Shown: in pieces, positions 50,475 through 59,179 of the stretch
How the letters are laid out: each line of letters starts with the position of its first letter
How positions within the stretch are numbered: position 1 is the first letter of the stretch
Virus record (IMG/VR): IMGVR_UViG_3300029258_002750
Coordinates: 1 to 64,000 of that record
DNA length: 64,000 nt
Direction: 5' to 3' (one strand)
Translations under genes and position numbers: made by a program
The notes under the pieces: model-generated
Seen by the model: only the letters and a program-made list of their open reading frames with translations
Told to the model about the DNA's origin: nothing
Database searches by the model: none

Positions 50475-51733
50475 TGGCGGCTGCCAAGAAGAAGGCCGCC
50501 AAGAAGAAGAAGACTGCGAAGAAGGCCGCCGCTAAGAAGGCGGCTCCCAAGAAGGCGGCCAAGAAGAAGAAGGCCGAGGAAGACGGCTTCGCTGCGTTCA
50601 CGGCCCAAGCCAAGAAGGCGTGGCCGGACACGATCATCGTCGCGTCCGAGGGCGTGCAGGAGATTCCCTGCTTCTCGACGGGCAACATCGGCCTCGACAT
50701 CGCGACGTTCGGCGGCTGGCGGCGTGGGCGCATTCACCGGATCTACGGGCTCGAGAAGGCGGGGAAGACCGGCACGATGCTCAACTCGGTCCTCGCCTGG
50801 CAGAAGCACTGTGCGCTCTGCTACAAGCGGGGTCCGTGCGAGCACGGGGAGGAGTCCGGCGTCGACCGGCCGAAGGCGCCAGCTCTCTACATCGACGCCG
50901 AGCACAGGCTCGCCGATATGTGGAAGCGCGTGGCCGATCACGGTATTGACCTGGACCGGATTCTCGTGCAGCAACCGCCGACCGGACAACACGTCGTCGA
51001 CTTCGTCGACTCGGCGATCCGGGAGAAGGGCGCGAACATCGGTCTCGTGGTCGTCGACTCGGTCGCGCACATCACGTCGAAGGAGGAGATCGATAAGGCG
51101 ACCATGAAGGGCCGGACGATGGCCGTCAACGCGCAGCTCATCAACCGGGCCGTGCGCAAGTGGACGGCGGCGGTCTGCGCGCTGGGCATCTCCAGTGAGA
51201 AGAAGCCGACGATTCTCCTCGTCAACCAGCTGCGACAGTCGCCCGACCAGTTCAAGCCGGAGGTTCAGACCGGCGGCAAGGGGCTCGACTACGCGACCAG
51301 TCTGGACCTGCGCCTGTCGGCTGGGAAGTACCACTACGTGGTCCCCACCAAGGACGGGAAGGGCTGGGAGGACAAGGTCCCCAAGTTCTCGAAGAGCGGC
51401 CAGGGGTGGAAGCCTGACCCTGACGCGGCGCCGGACTACGTGGAGATCAACTACCGCGTGACGAAGTCCGGCGTCTGCCCGAACGGGCGCTACGGTTCGT
51501 TCCAGTACTGGCTGCGGCCGACGCACGGGCGCCGGATCGGCGACCCCGACAACATGGGTCGTCTGTGGGAGTACTCGCGGAAGTACCTCATGGAGAAGGT
51601 CGGGCGGAACTACAGTATCCTCGGTATCGAGGCCAGCACACAGAACGCGCTCAAGAACCAGTTCGTCAACGACCCGGACGCGGTTGAGAAAGCGTGGTCC
51701 ACGCTCGTGTCGGTGCTGTCGGAGCTGTCGTGA
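50474..51733 (+). CDS. recA: RecA/UvsX-like recombinase with Lys/Ala-rich N-terminus
   Basis: FSTGNIGLD, GRIHRIYGLEKAGKT, YIDAEH, VVVDSVA, LVNQLR, TGGKGLDY. Confidence 0.9.
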   Translation: MAAAKKKAAKKKKTAKKAAAKKAAPKKAAKKKKAEEDGFAAFTAQAKKAWPDTIIVASEGVQEIPCFSTGNIGLDIATFGGWRRGRIHRIYGLEKAGKTGTMLNSVLAWQKHCALCYKRGPCEHGEESGVDRPKAPALYIDAEHRLADMWKRVADHGIDLDRILVQQPPTGQHVVDFVDSAIREKGANIGLVVVDSVAHITSKEEIDKATMKGRTMAVNAQLINRAVRKWTAAVCALGISSEKKPTILLVNQLRQSPDQFKPEVQTGGKGLDYATSLDLRLSAGKYHYVVPTKDGKGWEDKVPKFSKSGQGWKPDPDAAPDYVEINYRVTKSGVCPNGRYGSFQYWLRPTHGRRIGDPDNMGRLWEYSRKYLMEKVGRNYSILGIEASTQNALKNQFVNDPDAVEKAWSTLVSVLSELS

Positions 51734-52131
51734 GCGGGCCTCGCTACTTCGATGAGGTTCACCGTGCCGAGGGTCCCGACTACTTCGGCAAGGCGAACAA
51801 GCCGAAGACCGGCGACTGGAAGCAGCACGAGAAGGACATCGCCGAGCGCACCGGCGAGCATCAAGTGCGCGGGTCCGGCAACCAACCGGGCCGCCCCGGC
51901 GATACGATGGGGGCCGACTGCCTCCGCGATGGCAAGCTGTCGCAGGGGGCCGGGATCACGATCAAGGCGAGCTGGCTCAGGAAGCTCATCGACGAGGCTC
52001 TCAACATGGGGAGGCGGCCGGTCCTCGAGGTTCGGCTCGCAAAGGCCGAGACGCCTGTGCCCCGCGATTGGGTCTTCATTCCTGCGGCCGACTACGACGA
52101 CCTACGGGAGCGCGCTGGATGGTCGACATAG
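51730..52131 (+). CDS. PD-(D/E)xK Holliday-junction-resolvase-like nuclease
   Basis: HEKDIA...GSGN..PGD.....DGK...I...WL.K motif. Confidence 0.65.
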   Translation: MSGPRYFDEVHRAEGPDYFGKANKPKTGDWKQHEKDIAERTGEHQVRGSGNQPGRPGDTMGADCLRDGKLSQGAGITIKASWLRKLIDEALNMGRRPVLEVRLAKAETPVPRDWVFIPAADYDDLRERAGWST

Positions 52132-53036
52132 CTGACGTTCTGGCCCTGCTCGATGAGCACGCCATCACTCCGACATCCTCGCTCGTGCGGACGCCCGCGA
52201 CGGACACGGCCAGCGTGTTCTTGGAGGATCTCTACGAGTGGATGGAGACCGACGAACGGAGACGCGAGGCGGATGACCCGAGCTACCTCCGCGCATCGGG
52301 TCTCTACAAGGTCTGCGCCAGGCGAGAGTCGTTCCTCATGGAGCGGCCAGCAATGCGCGTGGTGGAGGCGTTCTCTCCCGGCAGGCGGATGAACTTCGAT
52401 GTCGGCCACGCGCTCCACTGGTGGTGGCAGAACCGATACCTCGGGCCGATGGGTCGGCTGTGGGGCAACTGGTTCTGTGCGCGTTGCGACAAAGTAGTGA
52501 CCCAGGGCCTCATGCCAAAGCGGTGTCCAGGCTGCAACCAGGGCTACAAGAAGGTGCTCACCTACGAGGAGCTGTCCCTGAAGGACGAGCGGCTCAAGTA
52601 CACCGCTCACCCGGACGGGCTCCTGGTCGATGCGCCCGGTCCGCCTCGGCTCCTCTTCGAGCTGAAGACGAAGAAGCCGGAGGGGTTCGAGACGCTCAAG
52701 AAGCCTGACGGCGAGCACAGGATTCAGGTGCACGCGTACATGCGCCCGCTCGGCGTGAGAGAGGCGCTCATCACGTACGTGGACAAGGGCAAGCAGACAT
52801 TGTGGAAGGTGATGGGCGGGCGGATTGTGCCAGTGGGCATTCCGCGCGTGAAGGTCTTCCACGTGCTGTTCGATGACGGGCTGTGGGCAGACATCGAGCG
52901 GCGCATCCTCGATTACTGGCGAGCAAAGGATGGCGCTCCGCCGGAGGATCTGTGTAGGATCTGTCCCTCTCCAACGAGCAGCTTCGCGCGGATCTGTCCG
53001 GCGAGAGATGACTGCTTCTCTCGGAGGGCGCCATGA
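52119..53036 (+). CDS. Cas4-like PD-(D/E)xK exonuclease
   Basis: CARRE, G...H, HPDG, FELKT, QVHAYM, CRIC..C....C Fe-S-type cysteines. Confidence 0.75.
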   Translation: MVDIADVLALLDEHAITPTSSLVRTPATDTASVFLEDLYEWMETDERRREADDPSYLRASGLYKVCARRESFLMERPAMRVVEAFSPGRRMNFDVGHALHWWWQNRYLGPMGRLWGNWFCARCDKVVTQGLMPKRCPGCNQGYKKVLTYEELSLKDERLKYTAHPDGLLVDAPGPPRLLFELKTKKPEGFETLKKPDGEHRIQVHAYMRPLGVREALITYVDKGKQTLWKVMGGRIVPVGIPRVKVFHVLFDDGLWADIERRILDYWRAKDGAPPEDLCRICPSPTSSFARICPARDDCFSRRAP

Positions 53037-53557
53037 CCCCGATCCTCACCCTGGACCTGGGAACATACACAGGGTGGTCGCTCCGTGACTGCAACGGGAC
53101 CGTCACAAGCGGCAGGCAGTCGTTCGAGCTGACCAGGTGGGAGAGCCATGGGATGCGCCAGCTCCGGTTCCGCAAGTGGATCCGCGAGATGCTCGACGAC
53201 CACCTCTTGGCCGATGGCCCGGAGCAGGCGTTCGTGGTCTACGAGCGCCCGATTATCGCGGGCCGGGGGAAGAACCAGCATCGATCGGGCAACGAGGTCG
53301 GGAAGCTCCTGGTGGGCACACTCCTGCCCGAGCTGGAGGAGCGCGAGCTGCTCCACGCTGCGCCAACGCCGGTACAGGTCAAGAAGCACGCGACGGGCAA
53401 GGGGAACGCGAACAAGCACATGATGGTTGAGGCGGCCGAGGAGCGGTGGGACCACTACAGCAGGCCGAAGAAGTACAGCGAGAAGGATGGCGACGACGAG
53501 GCGGATGCGCTGGGCATCATGGGATGGGCAATCGACGAGGTGGGAGAGTCGGACTAG
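53033..53557 (+). CDS. RuvC-like Holliday junction resolvase
   Basis: ILTLDLGTYTGW, VYERP, VKKHATGKGNANK, DDEADA. Confidence 0.8.
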   Translation: MTPILTLDLGTYTGWSLRDCNGTVTSGRQSFELTRWESHGMRQLRFRKWIREMLDDHLLADGPEQAFVVYERPIIAGRGKNQHRSGNEVGKLLVGTLLPELEERELLHAAPTPVQVKKHATGKGNANKHMMVEAAEERWDHYSRPKKYSEKDGDDEADALGIMGWAIDEVGESD

Positions 53558-53585
53558 GCGGGTATAACCCTGCACGGAAACTGTC

Positions 53586-53912
53586 ATGTCACTGCTGAGG
53601 GAGTACCTCGTTGATGGACGAAGCTGTCGAGACCTTGCGGCCGAACACAGAGTCTCTGAGGCTCTTGTCCGGGCTACCCTCGGAGAGAAGGGTCTGCGAG
53701 TCGATTCTGACAGCGTTCGCGATCCCGTCTGCGCTGCTGTCGGGTGGCTTGGTTACGGGTCGTTCTCCAGGTTCGTACACCAGCGTGGTCTGTCGCCTCT
53801 CAACGCTCAGGCTCAAGAGCTGGGGGTCACGAAGGCCCAGCTCAAGCGGGTCTACGAGATCTTCCGACGGCTAGCGGAGGAGGAAGGCGGCGACGATGGC
53901 ACAGGGACGTAG
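53586..53912 (+). CDS. HTH protein
   Basis: SCRDLAAEHRVS; QAQELGVT; upstream GGGTATAAC (53560-53568). Confidence 0.6.
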   Translation: MSLLREYLVDGRSCRDLAAEHRVSEALVRATLGEKGLRVDSDSVRDPVCAAVGWLGYGSFSRFVHQRGLSPLNAQAQELGVTKAQLKRVYEIFRRLAEEEGGDDGTGT

Positions 53913-54705
53913 CAAGGACGAACCAGAGGAGATCAGGAGGCGGCTCAGGGCCAGCAAGAGGGCGATCGACGAGACGTACATCCAGATGGGCCGGGACCTC
54001 TACCTGGTCTACCATCGGCGGCTCTTCGTCCAGTGGGGCCACGACACGTTCGACGACTTCGCTGAGAACGAGATGAAGATCTCGCGGAAGCGGGCCGAGC
54101 GCGTCCGGCTGATCTGGACGCACTTCATCAAGGAGTGCGGGCTGAAGCCGTCCGAGCTGAGTGGTCTCGGCTACACGTGCGCTAACGAGCTGCGCGGCGC
54201 GACCGACTCTAGCAACGTCAAGAGGCGGATCAAGTCGGCGAAGGATCTCAGCTGGCGCGCGCTGCGCCGAAAGATCGCCAAGTGGAAGGAGCCTCCCAAG
54301 GACGTTACCGACGATATGCCGAAGGCGACGGACGACGAGTCGGCTGACGACACGACGCCGCTGACAGCGGCCGATGGGCGCACTGCTCTGGGCTTCAAGC
54401 TCTACCCGTCGCAGCAGAAGGTTGTCCAGGCCGCGCTCGATGAGGTCTCGCGCGGTAAACCGAACGAGATGGCGCCGAACGAGGCGCTTGCCAACATCGC
54501 GACTGAGTTCCTCGCCAGCCGAATGTCCAAGGAGGAAGAGCCGGTCACCAGGTGTCGCTACATGCTCTCTACCCTGGAGAGGGTCTATGGCGGCAAGATC
54601 ATCTGGATTCCGAATGACAAGGCCGCCGAGGCGCTCGCGCAGTACATGGAGAAGCACCCCGATCTGTTCGGGGAACCGACCGAAGAACTGGAGGATGACG
54701 AATGA
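53896..54705 (+). CDS. hypothetical (ParB-C/KorB-like helical) protein
   Basis: Y.QWG..TFD.FAE.E pattern common in phage proteins. Confidence 0.6.
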   Translation: MAQGRSKDEPEEIRRRLRASKRAIDETYIQMGRDLYLVYHRRLFVQWGHDTFDDFAENEMKISRKRAERVRLIWTHFIKECGLKPSELSGLGYTCANELRGATDSSNVKRRIKSAKDLSWRALRRKIAKWKEPPKDVTDDMPKATDDESADDTTPLTAADGRTALGFKLYPSQQKVVQAALDEVSRGKPNEMAPNEALANIATEFLASRMSKEEEPVTRCRYMLSTLERVYGGKIIWIPNDKAAEALAQYMEKHPDLFGEPTEELEDDE

Positions 54706-55016
54706 GCGAAGCTGCGACGAAGAAGACAAGGAGCGTCACGCCGCTGCACTACCGGCTGGTGTCCGTCTCGCTGGGCGAGGGCGGGGAGCCGACGCACTTC
54801 GATGTGCTGCCGGTACCGGATGGCGTGAAGGACCCGAAGAGGCGGGATCAGTACAAGCGAGCCGTGCGGGCCGTGCTCGAGGCGGCCGAGGACGGCGAGA
54901 GGGTCAAGCTCTACAACGGGCGCCAGCTCACCGTCGTGTCTTATCCCGATCCGTTCATGTTCCGGGCCGAGATCAAGGAAGAGACCATTCGCACGGTCCA
55001 GATCACCGAGGGCTAG
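54702..55016 (+). CDS. hypothetical protein
   Basis: 104 aa, coupled ORF. Confidence 0.6.
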   Translation: MSEAATKKTRSVTPLHYRLVSVSLGEGGEPTHFDVLPVPDGVKDPKRRDQYKRAVRAVLEAAEDGERVKLYNGRQLTVVSYPDPFMFRAEIKEETIRTVQITEG

Positions 55017-55747
55017 TGACCGGCGCTGACGCGGATCCGCTCTTCGAGCTGCGGCTCGAGATCAAAGCCTGCACGGGCTGCCATCTGCGGCACACGAGCA
55101 AGCAGCGCGTGCCTGGGGACGGGAGCAGATCCGCGCCGATCATGCTAGTCGGAGAGGCGCCGGGCTACTACGAGGACAGAGACGGTGCTCCGTTCATCGG
55201 GAAGGCGGGAAAGCGGCTCGACGCGTGGTTGGATCGTGTCGGCCTCGATCGTCACAAGCACCTGTTCATCACCAATTGCTTGAAATGCAGACCGCCGAAC
55301 AACCGCTTTCCCGATTACGAGCGCGGCGGGCCAACCGATTGCTGTATGCCGTGGCTCGTGCGCCAGCTGGAGCTGGTCAACCCGTGGGCGGTGATCCTCG
55401 CGGGAAAGCGCGCGCTTCACCACGTTCTGCTCGACGGGTCGGTCGAGATGGCCGACCCGTTTCGGCCGTGGGTCGGCCGCGTCTGTCGGCGGCGCGATCT
55501 CTACGGCGAGGTCCGCTTCTACCCAATCTGGCACCCGGCCTACATCCTGCGGAACAAGAACCCCTACGAGGAGGAGCGGTGCATGGTCGCTATCGAAAGC
55601 GCCTTCGAGTACGTCGCCTCCAAGCAAGGCGGCGGCGGGGCGCCGGTGGAGGATCTCTACGAGGTCCGACCCGTTGGTTTTGTCCAGCACCAGCAGCGGT
55701 TCCGCTTGTTCGGTGCACCGAAGCCGATCCCGGAGCCAGAGGCATGA
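55016..55747 (+). CDS. uracil-DNA glycosylase family 4
   Basis: CTGCHL, LVGEAPG..ED, FIGKAG, TNCLKCRPP.NR, WHPAYIL. Confidence 0.9.
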   Translation: MTGADADPLFELRLEIKACTGCHLRHTSKQRVPGDGSRSAPIMLVGEAPGYYEDRDGAPFIGKAGKRLDAWLDRVGLDRHKHLFITNCLKCRPPNNRFPDYERGGPTDCCMPWLVRQLELVNPWAVILAGKRALHHVLLDGSVEMADPFRPWVGRVCRRRDLYGEVRFYPIWHPAYILRNKNPYEEERCMVAIESAFEYVASKQGGGGAPVEDLYEVRPVGFVQHQQRFRLFGAPKPIPEPEA

Positions 55748-56007
55748 CGCCAGCCGAGAAGCGCGCACACGCGGAGGAGCTGGCGAAGCTCAACGACCTG
55801 CTGCTCGATGCGGCGGGACCCGAAGGCGCGGGCGTGGAAACGAAGCTGGACATGCTATGCTACGCGCTCGCTGGCCTGCTCCGGTTCGAGGGGGATCGCC
55901 TTGCGGCCGAGCTGCGGGACTGCGACGAGGCGGCACCAGATGACCTGGACCAGCTTGAATTGTTCCCCGATTTGCCGCCCCCAACTCCTGATGTGACCGA
56001 TAGTTAG
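55744..56007 (+). CDS. hypothetical protein
   Basis: ATGA-coupled, 87 aa. Confidence 0.5.
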   Translation: MTPAEKRAHAEELAKLNDLLLDAAGPEGAGVETKLDMLCYALAGLLRFEGDRLAAELRDCDEAAPDDLDQLELFPDLPPPTPDVTDS

Positions 56008-56036
56008 GCCACTCAGGAGAAAAACCCTAAATAGGT

Positions 56037-57413
56037 GTGACAGGCCGGAGCCGTTTCGGTATTCTAAGGGGTAGCTCTAACCACCCCGAGGAGGAACGCC
56101 GAACCGTGCTAGCTGTCGCATACCGGGCTCCTCAGCCTACGGGCCGAGTCCCATCTACTCACAAGCCGTGCTCCGAGTGTGGGCGCGTGTTACCCCGATC
56201 AACCCACTATCGCCTCCGCTACGCCGACGATCCCTACGGTATCGCGCGGGGGCTCACCAAGAAGAAGCGCGCAGCCGTGCTCCAGGCTGCTGCGCCGAAC
56301 GACCGTGTACTCTGCGTGCAGCCTCGTTGCATCCAGTGCGACAACCTGCGCCGGGGGCGGCGCCGTGCGGTGACCGAGCTGCGAAGGAAGCTCAAGCCGC
56401 ACAGCTCGGCGGTCGTCAAGCACGACTCGCTCTTCCACACCGTCGAGATTCGCGGCCGGGTGCCGCGCGAGGTCCGGGAGCTGCTGCTCGAGCCCGCCGC
56501 GCGCGCCGGTCTGGTTGTCGTGGACAAGAAGGGTGCGCCCGTGCTCCCCAGAGAGCCCGAGGCCGCGCTTCGCGTCTGCTACGCGGGGGTGCTTCCGATC
56601 AAGGTGGTCAAAGAGGGCGCGAACCGGAAGATCAAGCCGTCGCGCCTCGGTCACTTCGGAGGCGAACAGATCGCGATGCTGAATGCGATCCCCAAGCTCG
56701 TCGCCAACCTGCCCAAGAGTCCTCTCGCTCGCCTCGCCCGAGACGTGATCGACGTTGCCCTCGTCCGGGAGTGGGGCGAGCACTCCGAGGAGGCGATGGC
56801 ATCGATCCTCGATCGCGTGCGCGTCCGCATGTGGAAGTTCGCGAGGAAGATGATCGCGGCGGGGCTGCTCGACACCGAGGAGGCCGAGGCGCGGCTCCTG
56901 AATGGGATCTACGATGGTGTGAGGACGTGGGACCCGCTGCATCCTTCGCACGCCGCGCTGGTTACCCACTGCGGTCACCGGGTCAAGCGGTCGCTACAGC
57001 TTCGCGGCCGGAAGGACCACAGGATTGCCGCTCGGAAGGGATCGGACGGTCGGTTCCACGGCGGCGCGGTATCGCTCGATGTCCTCGTTCCACCCACGGT
57101 CGCGGATGAAGGTGTGTTCGTGCCCCACGCCCAGAGCTACTCGACCGGGGCGGGCGCGGTCCCCCGCTCCTCGACGGAGCGGCGGGAGGGCAGCCGTCAG
57201 CTCTCTGTGCGGTCGGACGTTACAACGGCGCTATCCGGGCTGGACGAGGTCGACAGACGGATCGCCGAGGGGCTCTTCATGTCCGACGTATCGACGACCC
57301 GGCTGGCGCAGGAGCTGGGTATGACTGTTGGTGACCTGCGCAAGCGCGCCAACGCGATCAGGGAGACGCTCCAGGCTGCGCTCGCGCCGTACCAGCAGGA
57401 GGTGCTTTCGTGA
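56037..57413 (+). CDS. sigma-70-like factor with N-terminal Zn-finger
   Basis: CSEC...CIQC; region-2-like GIYDGVRTWDP; SLD; region-4 HTH LDEVDRRI...TRLAQELGMT. Confidence 0.6.
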   Translation: MTGRSRFGILRGSSNHPEEERRTVLAVAYRAPQPTGRVPSTHKPCSECGRVLPRSTHYRLRYADDPYGIARGLTKKKRAAVLQAAAPNDRVLCVQPRCIQCDNLRRGRRRAVTELRRKLKPHSSAVVKHDSLFHTVEIRGRVPREVRELLLEPAARAGLVVVDKKGAPVLPREPEAALRVCYAGVLPIKVVKEGANRKIKPSRLGHFGGEQIAMLNAIPKLVANLPKSPLARLARDVIDVALVREWGEHSEEAMASILDRVRVRMWKFARKMIAAGLLDTEEAEARLLNGIYDGVRTWDPLHPSHAALVTHCGHRVKRSLQLRGRKDHRIAARKGSDGRFHGGAVSLDVLVPPTVADEGVFVPHAQSYSTGAGAVPRSSTERREGSRQLSVRSDVTTALSGLDEVDRRIAEGLFMSDVSTTRLAQELGMTVGDLRKRANAIRETLQAALAPYQQEVLS

Positions 57414-57868
57414 GCGACAACATACAGGCCGCACTGGACGCGCTCGGCGGCGCGCGGCAGCAGAAGACGGGCACTGGTCCCGTCGAGCCCACGCTCGTAT
57501 CGAGCGGCGACGCAATCGAGGATCTGGGCAAGCTCGTCGAGCGGAACGCGGGCGTTCCCCAGGGCGTGCTGGCGCTCGCTTCGCGTGCGGCGCAGGCGGC
57601 CGATGAGTCGCGCGAAGCCGCCGCGAAGGCCAAGATGCTCAAGGCCGAGCTGTCCGAGGCGATGAAGTCGGCCGAGGTCGACCGGATCGAGATGGAAGAT
57701 CGGCAGCCGATCAAGTGGAAGACGAAGAACGACCGCCAGGTGTCCCGCAAGGCGATCATCGGCGTGATCGGGGAGGATGCGGGGCAGAAGCTCTGGGGCA
57801 GACTGCCTTCGCCGCCCAAGACCTATCTCGACATCCCCGCCCGGGAGATCCCCGATCCCGAGCAGTGA
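57410..57868 (+). CDS. hypothetical protein
   Basis: 152 aa, coupled. Confidence 0.6.
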   Translation: MSDNIQAALDALGGARQQKTGTGPVEPTLVSSGDAIEDLGKLVERNAGVPQGVLALASRAAQAADESREAAAKAKMLKAELSEAMKSAEVDRIEMEDRQPIKWKTKNDRQVSRKAIIGVIGEDAGQKLWGRLPSPPKTYLDIPAREIPDPEQ

Positions 57869-58221
57869 GCAACTCGTTCGTCGCTGCCAAGCCGTTCTTC
57901 AAGCCGCCGCCCGACGAGAAGCCGAAGGTCATCATCCTCGACTCAGCTGGTCAGCCGCCGTTCTTCCACCACTACTGGCCCTGCCCGTGGAAGCGCGGCG
58001 ATCTGGTGACCTGGTGGTCCGTGGACTACGGCAACCGCCTGGCCAGGGTGTCGCGCCCCGAAGGCCCCGGCCCCTGGGACTCGGTTCACATCCGGCTTCT
58101 ACGCCCGGTCGAGGTGCCCAACGAGCGCGGATCGTTCGATCGGCGCTGGGCGTTCACAGCCGATCGGTGCGATCTGGCCGAACCCAGTGCGATAGACCTA
58201 CTTGCGGACCTGGCCGGGTGA
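57865..58221 (+). CDS. hypothetical protein with C-terminal SAIDLLADLA tag
   Basis: GTGA-coupled, SH3-like core. Confidence 0.6.
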   Translation: MSNSFVAAKPFFKPPPDEKPKVIILDSAGQPPFFHHYWPCPWKRGDLVTWWSVDYGNRLARVSRPEGPGPWDSVHIRLLRPVEVPNERGSFDRRWAFTADRCDLAEPSAIDLLADLAG

Positions 58222-58255
58222 TCTGGTAGCCTTTAGGGACAACCCTGGAGGCGCG

Positions 58256-59179
58256 ATGTCCGAGGCCGCCCTGAGCGAGGTCCAGCAACAGGCCATCGAC
58301 GATTTCAACAAGTTCCCGGTCTGGTGCGACGCGCGGGTGATCCCCATCGACGCCCTCGAGTTCACGGACTGGAACGTGAACGAGATGTCGGATACCGAGT
58401 TCAGCGAGCTGGTGGCCGAGGTCGATGAGAGCGGGTTCGACGAGCCGCTCGGCGTCATCCCGATTCCCGCCGAGGCTGGTAAGTACCTCGTGCCGTCCGG
58501 CGAGCACCGAGCCCGAGCCGCCATCGCTCTGGAGATGACGCACGTGCCCGCCGTGCTGAAGGTGCACCTCACCGAGAAGGAGGAGCACGAGGTCAAGCTC
58601 TGGTCGGTGAAGCGGAACAATCTCCGGGGGAAGGTCAACGAGCAGAAGTGGCGGAAGCTCGAGGCCGACATCTCCACCAAGACCCAGACGCGCGCAGAGA
58701 TCGTGCGCCAGCGCGCCCTACTGCGCGAGGAGACGCTGCGGAACCTGGAGAAGGGCAAGGGCGACCGGGACGAGCGGAGGCGATCTGCGGCCAACAGGAA
58801 GCGGGGCAGCGCTGACCAAGCTTCCCCGTCCGATGATCAGGGGTCGCAGACGCCGCAGACGCCGCAGCCGCCATCCGGTCCGGCGAAGGACAGCGACCAG
58901 GACAAGGCCGATGCCTATCGCGCTCGCGAGAGCCTCGGTCGGGCGTTCAAAGCCGCCTGGGAAGAGGTGCTCGTGCAGAGCGCTGACACAGTGGAGAATG
59001 GCTACCTCGTCCTCGCCGATGGGAGGGACGAGAGGTGTCATGTGGTTGTGGACACGAGTCAGTATCTCGCGCCGCTCGTCAAGCGGATGGTGGCCGCCTG
59101 TAAGGGCAACTCGGCGCACATTGACGAGTTCCTCGTGACAGCCATAACGCGGGAGCTGAAGGAGTGGGAGGACAAGTGA
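58256..59179 (+). CDS. ParB-like domain protein
   Basis: WNVNEM...GFDEPL...SGEHRARAA..L....VP; NNLRG. Confidence 0.8.
   Translation: MSEAALSEVQQQAIDDFNKFPVWCDARVIPIDALEFTDWNVNEMSDTEFSELVAEVDESGFDEPLGVIPIPAEAGKYLVPSGEHRARAAIALEMTHVPAVLKVHLTEKEEHEVKLWSVKRNNLRGKVNEQKWRKLEADISTKTQTRAEIVRQRALLREETLRNLEKGKGDRDERRRSAANRKRGSADQASPSDDQGSQTPQTPQPPSGPAKDSDQDKADAYRARESLGRAFKAAWEEVLVQSADTVENGYLVLADGRDERCHVVVDTSQYLAPLVKRMVAACKGNSAHIDEFLVTAITRELKEWEDK

Noticed and set aside
52119-53036. CRISPR-Cas locus implied by a Cas4-like gene
   Set aside because: No repeat-spacer array or cas1/cas2 in the window; the gene sits in a RecA/resolvase recombination module.
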